A stretch of DNA of 64,000 nucleotides, taken from Malacoraja senta. Taxonomy: Eukaryota. Under the pieces are notes generated by a model that saw nothing but the letters and a program-made list of their open reading frames with translations, was not told where the DNA came from and did no database searches. Both the position numbers and the translations under genes were made by a program. Shown here in pieces: positions 13,729 through 25,798 of this stretch; position 1 is the stretch's first letter; each line of letters opens with the position of its first letter. Where the stretch lies: positions 224,192,001 to 224,256,000 of the forward strand of contig CM075977.1 in assembly GCA_038087875.1 (NCBI GenBank), read 5' to 3'.

Positions 13729-14211
13729 CGTAAATGACGTCACGCGCGACCTCCGCTTCCGGCCGGTCGCGCCAAACGCACGCAATCGCATGCAAGTGGG
13801 ACAGGCCCTTTACTGCGTCTTTGAACAAGACATCAACTTACTCATTTAAAAGTCTCAGTATCACAATGTTCACAATCACATATGGTGTCTTAATTGTATT
13901 TTTACCAAGGAAAGACATTTAGCTGATTCCACCTAATTATCACTTAAAAGATTCAATATTTTTATGTTATTGATTTTGTCAAGATTTAATATACTATAAA
14001 TCAGCCGCAGCAGCAAATCATTACTGTAACCCAGCACACATCAATGTGTTTCCGCTGCGACCACAGAGCAGCCAAGTACTGGATAATACAGTGCTGGAAA
14101 CAACATTATCAGCAGTTTTTATGTTGTGGATCAATGTCTCATGAAATTATTGGTCTGGGAAAATAAATCTGTAAATAAGCATCTGTAAACATGAAGGCAA
14201 CGAATACTTAC

Positions 14212-14356
14212 TCATTGAATACCAAGTCTGGTGCAAAGTACAGCATTGTGCCATTGGTGTGTTTGTACGATCTCCAACTAAGGCTAAACGTCATTAAACA
14301 CATCCACGAGTACCGGAGCAGAGTCATTTGGTCATCAAGTGCCATTGTACGGAATC
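14212..14356 (-). CDS. NR3C2: Mineralocorticoid receptor LBD helices 4-5 (exon 6 equivalent)
   Basis: (G)[47 protein letters not shown](E). Acceptor tttgcag, donor gtaagt. 145 nt, the conserved length for this exon. Not in the ORF track. Confidence 0.96.
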
Positions 14357-16387
14357 CTGCAAAACAGAATATGATGGCCATAAAAAATTATTTAATTTTA
14401 CTCTTTGTACGTCTCAATTTTATTTTGTTTAACTGAATATTTAAATTTAACTTAGCATCATTAATTTGCTTGATACTCACCACCATACTTGATTCTGGAT
14501 CAATAAAACTGAAATCCCCTACATGGACCTGCTGGCTGTATTTTAATTTCCTATTGCAGGAAGAATGCTAGGGTATGTCAAATACATTTTCAGTGGACAC
14601 AAAGTGCTGGACTAACTCGATGTTTCGGTCAAGATCCAAAATGTCACCTCCAGGTTCTCCAGAGATGCTGCCTGACCTGCTGAGTTACTCCAGCACTTTG
14701 AGTCCTTTTGTGTATTAACCAGCATCTGCAGTTCTTTGTTTCTACATTTTCAGTGGCATTTTAATCGGTATTTAATTCTGGTGTGGGATCATGCTGAGGT
14801 TAAATTAATGGACAAGAAGCCAATGATTTACACATAGGAGTTTGAACTCCTCTATGGCAGCTGGGTAATTTCAATTCAAATAATCAAATAAACCATGAAA
14901 CTAGAAAAATACCCATAATTGTAACCGTCAAACAATCAAAATACTGTAAAAACCCATTTGGTCATCAATATCATTCCTAGAAGGAAATCTACCATCTGCA
15001 CGTGATTGACTCTTAACTAAGTCATTAGTGCAGAGGCATCTGGAGATAGGCAGTAACTGCCAGCAATGTCTGCAAAATAAATAAACAAGTATGAGCAAAT
15101 TAGTAAAATAAAATCACCTGTGTTTTGTGATCGATTTTACTTCGGAGTCACGTGAGTGACTACGTGAAGACCCCGCCAGCCCGCATGCGCATCATGTCGT
15201 CTAACGCATTGCGCAACAACGGTTGGTGGGAGCGCTGCTCCACTAGCGGTCAAACCTGAAGGTAAGTTTTAACTTTTTCCAGGTCTGTTTTCTCCTTGTA
15301 GGAAGCTCTTTACAGAGTTCCAGCTGGAAACGTTCCGGGGTCGAAATCCCGGCTTCCCGGCTCCCTTCTACAGGGACCATGGGGGGGGGATCACGGCTGC
15401 GAAAACTGCGGGGATCCGGCTTGGGGGAAGCCCGACCACAGACATTGCGGGGAAGCCCTTCTACAGGGACCGCAGAGGGAATCCCGGCTGCGAAAACTGC
15501 GGGGAAAACCCGACATGGACTTCGCGGGGAATCCCTTCTACAGGGACCATGGGGAACCCGCTACGGAGACCGCGGAATACGGGTAGCGGGCGGCGGTCGA
15601 ATTCGCCTTTTCGGGTCGCTGGCGGTGGAGCCAGCAGCTTCAGACTGGTGCTGGTATCACCCAGGCAACCCCGCTTGGAGGGTAAGCCACTACATTACCT
15701 ACAGAGATGCCGGCTACGGACCACGGGAGAGCGGATAGCCGGTGGCCGTCGGGTTTGCACGGTGGAGCAGGACTCAGGGTCAGCGACTTCGACTTGGATA
15801 GCCCAAAGGTAGGCAACCAAACAAAGTCGGAGAGGCCCGGGCTGGACGAGCCTGGCCAGGAGGGTTCCCCTCCGACATTCTAGGGTATGTCCTCGGACGT
15901 CTTACCCAGCCTGATATGGTCCACTAAAACAGGGCCATATCAGCACAAGGTCCACGGAGGTTTACGGCAGCACCTGTGTACAGAGCTGCTCACAGATCTC
16001 CCTCTCGGTAGAGAGGCGTGCATGGGTCAGTGTGTGACTGACCCCAACCCTGGAGGAATGTCCATGGCACATGCTGCCATTCATGAGCGTTACTAACGGC
16101 ATAAACTCCCCTATGCCTCCATGGCATTAGCAGTTATAGTGTATTCTTTCAAGTATATGGCTTTACAGGGTAGGCACCATTATGCTGATACCCTCTGATT
16201 AATTGTTTCAGTTCTACACATAGTGGTGTCATGGTAATTCCGCTCATTAAAGGGACTGTGGAAGATTCTTCCCCAAGACGCCGAGTTTATTCATATCAAT
16301 AAAGTAATCAAATCTTTGATTTAACTGGGTGGGCGTCTTCGTTTATGTAAACGTCTTTGCCCATGACAAATAACTGGCAGGTTTTAC

Positions 16388-16836
16388 ATAGATAGATACA
16401 TAGAAAATAGGTGCAGGAGTAGGCCATTCGGCCCTTCGAGCCTGCACCGCCATTCAATATGATCATGGCTGATCATCCAACTCAGTATCCCGTACCGGCC
16501 TTCTCTCCATACCCCCTGATCCCTTTAGCCACAAGGGCCACATCTAACTCCCTCTTAAATATAGCCAATGAACTGGCCTCAACTATCCTCTGTGGCAGAG
16601 AGTTCCAGAGATTCACCACTCTCTGTGTGAAAAAGTTTTTCCTCATCTCGGTCTTAAAGGATTTCCCCCTTATCCTTAAGCTGTGACCCCTTGTCCTGGA
16701 CTTCCCCAACATCGGGAACAATCTTCCTGCATCTAGCCTGTCCAACCCCATAAGAATTTTGTACGTTTCTATAAGATCCCCTCTCAATCTCCTAAATTCT
16801 AGCGAGTATAAGCCAAGTCTATCCAGTCTTTCTTCA
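16388..16836 (-). mobile_element. CR1-clade LINE 3' fragment nested in the DIRS element
   Basis: RGDLIETYKIL...TRGHSLRI...FTQRVVNLWNSLP plus 3' UTR and tail. Related fragments at about 7170-7680, 8231-8453, 36635-36840, 37598-37810, 41210-41310 and 55318-55440 (minus), and 38330-38630, 42972-43390 and 44030-44720 (plus). Confidence 0.9.
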
Positions 16837-17149
16837 ACATTTTTCCAACATTTCTCCCACTATGTCTAGTATACGGGGGCTAGAGGCACTCCAGTCCTTC
16901 CCTGTAGACTGCATTGGCATCGGAAAGGAGCAACTAGTCCTGGCGGCTGCTGAAGGAAGCATCCTGACAAACCCCAACTCAGAGTGAGTGCCAAGTCTTG
17001 GGCATCTATGTCAGACAAGATTGTGACTCGTCGCAGTCAAGAACGCTCCATCCTAAGGCATGTCAGGCAGCAGCTCCTGGTTCAGGGTTGCAGATTTCCT
17101 CCCACTCAAAGGAACGGAGTGGTAGAGGGTGCTATTCGGAGGTATGAAG

Positions 17150-18750
17150 GATGAAGATGGAGCCATATGATGCCTCCTGTCACGGATACAAGTTGGTAAT
17201 ATTTACACTTGGTTTTTGTACAGATGACAATGATAACATGAGATTAGTTTATACTGCACAGCATACAAGCAAGGGAGTTGCCTTTCAAGGCAGGCTCGCA
17301 ATTATGGCAGATGTGGCCTGTTCATTGTCAACAGGTTCAACTGGCATGTGCAGTATAGACATTTCTGAATAGGAAACTTCGTGACTGTTTAACTTCCATG
17401 GGATCAGTTTCCATTCACAGGGCACCGGAGATATTTGAAATTTAGCTGGATGGAGCAATGATACAGTTAGAAGCGTTGCAAAATGGGCTAACTTCAGCTC
17501 CCAGGTTATTTACCAAATTACTAAAACCAGTGCTTCAACTGCTCAGAGCTAAAAAACAATTGTTATGGCCTAGCGGGATGACATTCTAAACGCTGTATTT
17601 TGCTAAATTAGCTGTATCAGCCACCAAACTATATTTGAGAAATTGGGTTTCTCACCCATCCAGTTACATTTAAGTTGATACCAACTGAAATTATTGATTA
17701 TTGGGATTTACCTTTAACTCTTAATTTGTCTGGGACTCCGCCCTGAGGCAAGAGATTGGAATTAATTGAAGCCTGTAACAACCTTGTTGGTGTTATCAAG
17801 CAGCCTTCTATTCATCAATTATAATTGGCAATATATTGGCTTTCAACTGTGCTATTTGGCCTTTGCATTATCAGTATACACGTGCAAAGGAGCAAGCTCT
17901 CAAGTACCACGTAGGTCATTGTTACCAGACCTATGCTATTCCAGCTGAAACTATCAAAGTCACCATGGTGGACAAACAGTATTGAGCATTGCTCCACTAA
18001 CTTTTCAGCAGCAAATCTTCAGTTAATTACAAACTGATGCTATTGCTCAAGATGGAAAATTACTAATACCATCTCTAGTTACGGAGGCGGATGGGATTGC
18101 ATGAGTTGCCAATTCTTCAGTTATAAGGTATCAACTACCTATAGACACTAGGTGCATTCTATGGGTTAAAGGTTTGTGCGGATATGCATGATCTGCATGC
18201 TCAAGTCCAAGTTGATGCACTTTGGTGGAGGTATGTTAATCACATGGGTGAAACCAAGTTAAAGTATCCGGTGATAGTTTACCTACCCTCATTTGGCACT
18301 GGTGTACCATTATGTAAAATCAATGATAACACAGAATGGATGTTGGATCACAAAGTATTTAATGACATTGTGGCTCGATGGAACACTAAAAGATCCAGAT
18401 ATTTGCATCCAGGCTCAATCACTAGTTGCAAAAAATATGTGGCATATCAGTGGCGATGGATGCATTCTCGCTATACTGGGGAGGAATGTTCTTTTATGTC
18501 TCCATTTTGCCTCATCAGACGGGTCTTGCAAAAAAATTCAGCAAGTTCCCGCTTCAGGCTTCTTCGTAGTGCCTGACTGGCATTTACAGCCATGGTTCCT
18601 GCTGATGTGGGGAATGATAATAGAACTTTATATGGTTATTTCTAGACACAAAGATTTGCTGGTTTAGCCATGACTCGGTAAACCATCCTCTGCATGATAA
18701 AATCAATTCATTGACTTGCAGACTGAGAAGACCGTTCCTGTGGCTCGGGT
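17150..18750 (+). pseudogene. DIRS RT / RNase H / methyltransferase remnants
   Basis: NGLTSAPRLFTKLLKPV, IVMA*RDDIL (YLDD-like), LQTDA, INYL*TL, YVNHMG, EWMLDHKVF, PFCLIRRVLQK and VVPDWHLQPWF, spread over several frames. Confidence 0.85.
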
Positions 18751-18759
18751 TGTTAAACC

Positions 18760-20440
18760 AAACCATAGACATGCTCACTGCAGATTGCAGGGATAGCACC
18801 AAATAAGCTGTATTTTCCTCATAAGGAGATGGGAAGTAGTTGTTTTATGCTAATATTACATATGTTTCGGCACGGATGACTGACGTCTTGAAGTTCAGGT
18901 TATATGGGTTTTGACAAATATTAAGTTAAAGTGCCATTTATTGTGCCGAACGTGCCTTCTCATCATATTGGCTGCGGGGAGCAGAATCCACTATGTCGGG
19001 TCTCGCTCTCTGATATCTAAATTATGAAGGGTATCTTCAAACTCAAAACCTCCCAGGCCCAGGTACGCAGAAATATGGGATGTTAACATTGTGCTAACGC
19101 CGCTTTGCCGGTGGGATCCAGTTACATCCCTGTTCTTGGTCAAACTCACTTACAAAGTGGTTATGCTCATGGCGCTGAGTCCAGTGCAACGGGTCCAGTT
19201 ATTGCATAAGCTAGGGACTGGACAGGATGATTATATCTGCAAGCAAAATAACATTTTATGGTTATGTCTTAGTCAAGCAGAATAGACCAGGGGCATCAGG
19301 TCTTAAACTAGACTTGTTGGCATATCCCTTGGACCTTCGGTTGTTTGTGGTCACACATCTATACCAGTATGTTAAGGTCACTAAGAGCTTAAATACAATA
19401 CAATACAATTTATTTGTCATTTGGACGACGTTGAGGTCCAAACGAAATGTCGTTTCTGCAGCCATACATTACAAAACGAAGAAGACCCGAGACACAACAC
19501 AATTTACACATACATCCATCACAGCGCTGTGATGGAAGGCAAAAATAACGTATCTCTCCACTGCACTCCCCCCCCCCCCCCCGATGTCAGAGTCAAAGTC
19601 AAAGCCCCCGGCGGGCGATGGTGATTGTCCCGCGGCCATTAAAGCCACGTCGGGTAATGCAAGGTCGCGCACCGGGTCTTGGTGTTAGAGCCCCGGCTTG
19701 CGCTCGCAAAGTCCCGCGGCCATTCCAAGCTGCGCGAGGCGACGATGCAAAGCCCCGCTCCAGGTGCTCTTCAACCCCGCAACTCGGGCGGGATAAGTCG
19801 CCGCTGCGGAAGCCCCGAAAAGTGGTCTCCCACCAGGGACCCGCAGGCTTCCGGTGTTGCCGTCCGCCAGACCCGCAGTTGTAGCCTCCGAATCTCCGGG
19901 GGTCGGGTCGCAGCAGCGCTCCACCACAGCTCCACCCGCTCCGGACTCGGCCAGCCCCGCGACGGTGAGTAGTCCGCAGCTCCACGGGAGCCCCAGGTCG
20001 TTCCTGCTGGAGGCCGCTCCACGTTGCCCAGCCCCAACGACAACGGAGACCCGACAAAGAAAAGGTCGGGTCTCCCGTGCAGGGGAAAGATTTCAAAGTC
20101 CCCCCCCCACCCCCACACACATACCCCGACAAAAAAAATAATAAAAACTACATAGAAACGAGACAAAAATAATAAAAAGACAGACGGACTGCAGAGACTC
20201 TTAACTAGCAATATTTGTTAGTTACATAAAGCCTCATCAGTAGGTATCACTACAGACCATCTCCAGGTGGTTAACGGGTTCTGGCTTATACAGGAGTGAA
20301 CACCGACATTTTTAAGTCTCACTCCACCAGGGCTGCAACAACATCAGCAGCAGGGTTATGGACGTTTCGTGGGACCACATCCTAGCGGCTGCAGGATGGT
20401 CAAACGAACAATCTTCCAAACATTTTAGAACTAACCCATT
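18760..20440 (+). pseudogene. DIRS tyrosine recombinase remnant, interrupted by the insertion at 19393-20200
   Basis: MKGIF, PRYAEIWDV, KLTYKVVMLMAL...QRVQ, LVKQNRPG, TISRW, KSHSTRAA (H-x-x-R) and ILAAAGWS. Confidence 0.85.
19393..20200 (-). mobile_element. Non-autonomous GC-rich retroposon, copy A, with LINE-type 3' tail
   Basis: Interrupts the DIRS YR gene. The minus strand ends ATTTCGTT-hairpin-AATGACAAATAAA-(ATTGT)n. No recognisable protein. Confidence 0.8.
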
Positions 20441-20663
20441 GCCAGGCCTGGGGTATTTGCCAACTCTATGTTCGGTTCTGTTTATAGTTTCCTCCCGGTT
20501 GAGGGAGGTTACTATTATCATTAATTGTTCATTAAAAGCATCAACATGTCTATATCTATGTCATGTCTGAATGCATTATTAATGTTCACTCATCATTGGT
20601 CAACTGATGCAGTGTGTGACGCATGGACTCGTTTCCACGGCATGAAATCACAGAGCTTTGAAA

Positions 20664-20773
20664 TCTTCACGTAGTCACTCATGTGACTCCGAAGTAAAAT
20701 AGTAAGATTAAACGGGAACTTACCAGTTTGAAGTTTGATCTTTATTTTATGAGGAGTTACGTTGAGGGTTTAC
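20664..20773. other. DIRS internal complementary region (ICR)
   Basis: 20664-20700 is the reverse complement of the left terminus (15134-15170). 20698-20773 is the reverse complement of the right extension (20921-20996). Confidence 0.92.
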
Positions 20774-21849
20774 ATGCCCTCCACTCCCAACCCTCTATCA
20801 TAAAGGTCAGCTGGTATGCTAGTTCTCTTATCTTACTATGTTTAGTTCGACTACAGTTTTCTGTGATTTCACACCGCTGCTTTGAAGATTGATGCGCATG
20901 CGGGCTGGCGGGGTCTTCACGTAATCCCTCAACGTAACCCCTCATAAAATAAAGATCAAACTTCAAACTGGTAAGTTCTCGTTTAATCGTACTATTAACT
21001 TGCAAGGATGTTGATAACACACAACACAATTTCAACTGCACAATTTTAAATAATTAAAAACATAGGAGAATGAAAGAAAGGAATCAAGACAATGAAAGGC
21101 TTCTGCGTAAATGATACCTCAGTGGAGGAGATACATGAACATGAAGAAGAAGGTTGCTAATTAAATAAATAAGGTGCTGTTGAAGGTACCAAGTGAGCTC
21201 AGTACTGCGTGGATTTGGTGCGAATAGTAAGTTAATAATGATGCAGTGATAGAGCAGGTTTGATCATGGCCTCTGGTGCTTTGTGTGTGAACTTGACACG
21301 TTCACCCTGTGATTGAATGGGTTCACATGTGTGTGCTGGTTTCCTCCCATGTCTAAAAGAAGTGCTAGTGGTAACTGCCCACTGCAAATTATTCCCAGTG
21401 CTCATTGGTGCCTGGATAATCAGGGTGGAACTGATGGGTATGCAACAAAGAAGATATTTTACAGAAAAATAAAATACTTATTCATAGTCATCGAGAAATG
21501 TAGCATAGAAACAGGCCCTGTGCCCTGACAAATCCATGCTGACCATTAAAGACCCATTAAAACTGATCATATTTTATCCGATTTTTGAAATTCACATCTA
21601 TTCCATTTAAATTCCACTGCTCACTAGACACTGAGAGTGGCTAATTAGCCTACAACTCACACTTCATCTCCAATCCCTTCTAATAACATTCCCAGTCAAT
21701 ATTCATAATCAATTGCTACTCTCCATCCATTCAAAACATGCTATTATGCTCAATCTCAGGTCTGTTCATCCACAAAGGAAAGGCAGACACCCAGATTCAG
21801 CTCACAGGAGACCTGCAGAAGAGGTGACACGAGACATCAATGGATCCTT

Positions 21850-22100
21850 TGCCAACCCGTTCACTAGTTCTATGTTATCCCACTTTCACATCTACTCTCT
21901 ACACACTATTTTACAGATTACAATTCACCGAGAATCTCGCACGTCTTTGGGATGTGGGGGAATACCGGAGCATCCAGTGGAAACCCATGCGCTCACAGGG
22001 AGAATACGCTAACTCCACACAGACAGCACCCAAGGTCAAGATCGAACCCGGGTCTCTGGCGCTCTGAGGCAGCAGCTCTACCAATTGAGCCACCTCGCCA
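21850..22100 (-). mobile_element. tRNA-derived SINE, same family
   Basis: GATCGAACCCGGGTCTCTGGCGCT head on the opposite strand and ACAGACAGCACC body. Confidence 0.82.
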
Positions 22101-24545
22101 CTCTGGTAGCAATTATTCTCATACGAGGCCTAAAGTAACGCAGCATAAGCAGCACACAAGGTAATTTGATAGATCAGAACTCTAAAGCACAGATCAGATG
22201 TATAAATCTCCACAGTTGTCAAAGTAATTCTCAGTACAAGTACTGTGAACAAGTCTTTAACAGAAGCAGGCACGAAAGCAGCTGCGAGCTTTCAGTATTT
22301 CTTGGCATACATTTCTGTCGTGTTTTCAACCCTCTCAATTGCTGCTGTGTTCTCTCTCTGCTCTCACTGTCCAGTTCCAGGAAGCCTGGGAAACCAGTGG
22401 ACACAGATTAAATTGAAAAATTCATGAAATTATTGCTATACTTGAGTTAATAAAATACTGAAATTGGTAACTTACTTTCCCCAAATGTTTAGGCACATGC
22501 AGTCTAATACTCTCTATTTTAAAGCAAAATCTAGCAGTATGAAGCTGACTTTCTCTCAAGTTTCTTTGCTTTTAAACCCAATAGACTCCCAGGCCCACAC
22601 ATCTCTCTAAATTAAAATTCAGCTCTTTATTTATTCAAGACAGTGCAAATCAAGCTCCTTACTTCTATGTACCAGCCAAGGTTCACCACAGTTCACCACA
22701 GAGAAATAGGCCGTTGGGCCCATGACGACCATCAAGTATCCACGAACCCATTTACCAGCACTTAGTTTGTAGCGTTCTGAGCCTTGCTGATTCAAGTGTT
22801 TTTACAGATATGTTTAAAATGTTGTGAGAGTAGTTGTTTCCAACACCTTCTCAGGCACTGTGTACCACGTTCCACACACCCTCTGGGTGATAATCTTTTT
22901 CTCCAGATACTAATCAGAATCACCTTTTCTACCTGTGCCTTCAAGGATCTGTGAACGTACACCAAGGTTCCTCTGTTCCTAATACTTCCTGGGACCCTGC
23001 CATTCATGATGTATGTACTACCATCATTAGCTCGTCCAAAATAATTCACTGCACGTATCAGGATACATTTCACATTACATTGTTCTATTTAATTTAACAG
23101 CTGAAGAATATTATTATGTAGCTTAAGATATCGTCCACACTATTGACAATACCACCATTTTTGTGTCATCTGCAAGATTCCTATTCATACCCCCTACATT
23201 AATATCCAAATTGTTAATATATATATAAACACAAGGAAATGCACATACAGGTTTACAGGGAAAAAAATGCTGGATTAACTCAGCGGCTCAGGCAGAAACT
23301 CTGGAAGGTATGGATAGGTGACGTTTTGAGTTGGGACCTTTTGTCAGACTAGTCATGACCCAAAATGTCACCTTTTCATGTCTTCCAGAGATGCTGCCTG
23401 ACAACTTGTCTTCGATCCCATAGCCCTGTTGAACCAGCCTTACAAATGGGACTTTGTCAAAGACTCAAATTCTTCCGTCAACAACTTTTATTTTAAACAT
23501 GGTATTTATGAAACCATGAAAATCAGGTGAATGGGAGATAAAACTACGAACAGTGACTAGTTCTATAAAGCTGTTCACCTTTCTGAGCATAAGCACACAG
23601 TTATTATCTGGGAATAATATAATGAGGGCAATGAGGTTGTTCACTATTCCAGTAAAATACCAATTTTCCACATATTCCCCGAAAAACATCAAGTATGAAT
23701 GGTTTTACTTAGCTGCTTTCTGTTTTTGTGGTTTAAAATAACTATGAAGTATTTTGCCAGCAATTACTGCCACTGCTAAGATTACAACAATGGTTCCATT
23801 ACCTTAGGCTGCAGATAGAGCCAATCGAAATAATCATGTGATCATGGCTGCTCCAGAATGTGGATGAGAAGGGAATGAAAAAATAGAAAATGCACTTCAA
23901 AAAGAAGTTACCAGAATAAAAATGGGATGCATAAAATAAGTATGACTTTTTATTAAATAGCAATAATTTTATAAAAACAGTAGAGATTCCAGAACCCAAG
24001 TTTATAAATTATTTTTAAAAACTATGAGATAGGTACAAAACAGGACTGGAAAAAATATTGATGAGTGGAATGCAAAGATGGAGATATTACTGTGTTAAAA
24101 TCTTGATCAGAACCCCCAACATTTGGCAGTTACTCGCCTAAATGTAGTGAATGTGGTGGTAATTAAACATTTAAAATATGCGATTGGTATACTCTGTTGA
24201 AAAGGGCACTAGGAAATGTGGAGAAATGATGGATGAATGGAGTTAAGGTGCAGATCAGCCATGTTTTAATTTCAAGGTATATCAGGGTCAATGGCTTGTT
24301 TAGTTTAGTTTAGAGATACAGCGCGGAAACAGGCCCTTTGGCCCACCAAGTCCGCGCCGACCAGTGATCTACACACACTAGCACTATTCTACACTCAACA
24401 TTAGAGACAATTTACAATTTTACTGGCCAATTAACCAACAAACATGTACACCTCTGGAGTGTAGGAGGAAACCGGAGCACATGGAGAAAACCCAAGCAGT
24501 CGTAGGGAGAACATACAAACTCCATACAAACAGGACCCGAAGTCA

Positions 24546-25798
24546 TAGGCTGTGGGCCAAGCATCGAAAATGTGTCTAGAATTTTAACTTTCGTGACCCA
24601 TGTCTCAGAACTACATGAAATTTTTCACAGATTTAGATAAAATATAATTGAGAAGGATGTCATAACTCGCCAGTGCCAAATGTTGCACATTAATTAATTA
24701 AACTAATTAGAAAATGAGATCGAAAAAGTAAGCGCCATCTAGCGTCCAATGCCCATATTACACCATGGGGAGCCTAATTCCGTGCTGCGGTCTATTTAAA
24801 CCATATATTATTATACCGTATATATATATATATATATATATATATGATTTGTGAATTGGACTGAAATCATATATAATTATGTATAATTATATTATATAAA
24901 AATAATATAATGAATATAATTGTGAGTGTGTATTTTGAATGAGACTGCTGCAGAGGTCCGGCTCCTGAACCCACCTAATTAATGGGCGAGGGCAGTTCCT
25001 GTGGGTTCCCCCGTTTACTGAACCCCACTGACTGCCAGTGTGCAGAGTGGGGGTCACGGCCATAGTGGGACTGGAGCAGTGCCAGGCTGGGGGAAGACTA
25101 AGGCATCTTCCACTGACAGGAAAATGCCTAACCCTAACTCGCCCCCCTTCCAGAGCTGCCCACGGCTGGAGCTGGAGCCGCTTTGGGACCGGCTGCAGGC
25201 TCCATACGTGTGCCCCGCAGCGCGTCCATCTCGGCCAGCAATCCCTTCTGGATCATCGTGGTGATGATGGTGGGGAGCAGCACTGCCCTACATGACGCCC
25301 GGGCTGCCTTCAGCATCCCCATAGCGTCGGCTCCGTCAGTCCGCACGCTCGCTCGCTGCAACACCGGCCTACCGACAGCCCAACCGACCACTCGCAGCAC
25401 CCACAGGCCGTCCGACCTCTCTCAGCACCCATCGGCAGCCCGGCGGCCCGACCGATCCTCCACAGCATCCATCGGCCTACCGACAGCCCAAACGACAGAC
25501 TGATCGACTGATCGACTGATCGACTGATCGACTGATCGACTGATCGACTGACTGACTGACTGACCGACTGACCAACTGACTGACCACCCGACTGACTGAC
25601 TGACTGACTGAATAACTGACTGACCGACTAGCCGACTGACTGACCCTAATCCTAACCCTAGCTCTACATTTGTTATTTATCATTTGGTCTTGATGAGTTT
25701 CAGGTATGATTTATATAATATTTTTACACAATATGTTAAAAATTCAGGTAGTTCCGTGTCACGAACTTGAACAAAAAAGCTCCTCGGCCCACAGCCTA
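24546..25798. mobile_element. Non-autonomous DNA transposon with TAG...CTA termini and 3-bp TSD (Academ-like)
   Basis: TIR TAGGCTGTGGGCCRAG and TSD TCA (24543-24545, 25799-25801). It splits a SINE whose halves rejoin exactly. Internal (TA)n, a GC-rich block and (ACTG/GATCGACT)n. Confidence 0.85.
25496..25645. repeat. (GATCGACT)n/(GACT)n microsatellite
   Basis: Directly visible tandem units. Confidence 0.9.

Larger units (their letters stand above)
8994..13809. mobile_element. PIF/Harbinger DNA transposon, two-gene type, defective
   Basis: Perfect 16-bp TIR AGGGCCTGTCCCACTT at both ends, TTA target-site duplication (8991-8993 and 13810-13812), and convergent MADF-like and DDE transposase genes. 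Confidence 0.95.
15134..20996 (+). mobile_element. DIRS1-type tyrosine-recombinase retrotransposon, full-length outline with degenerate ORFs
   Basis: Left ITR (about 15161-15194) is inverted to the right ITR (about 20890-20923). An internal complementary region matches both termini. ATT trinucleotide at both ends. RT, RNase H, methyltransferase and YR motifs occur in DIRS order. Confidence 0.93.

Noticed and set aside
1-14211. NR3C2 exon 7 (expected to resemble ERMHQSAMYELC...MKVLLLLST)
   Set aside because: No matching coding segment was found by eye. It probably lies left of the window.
25126-25660. Interstitial telomere
   Set aside because: Only two or three imperfect CCCTAA units, inside a transposon.
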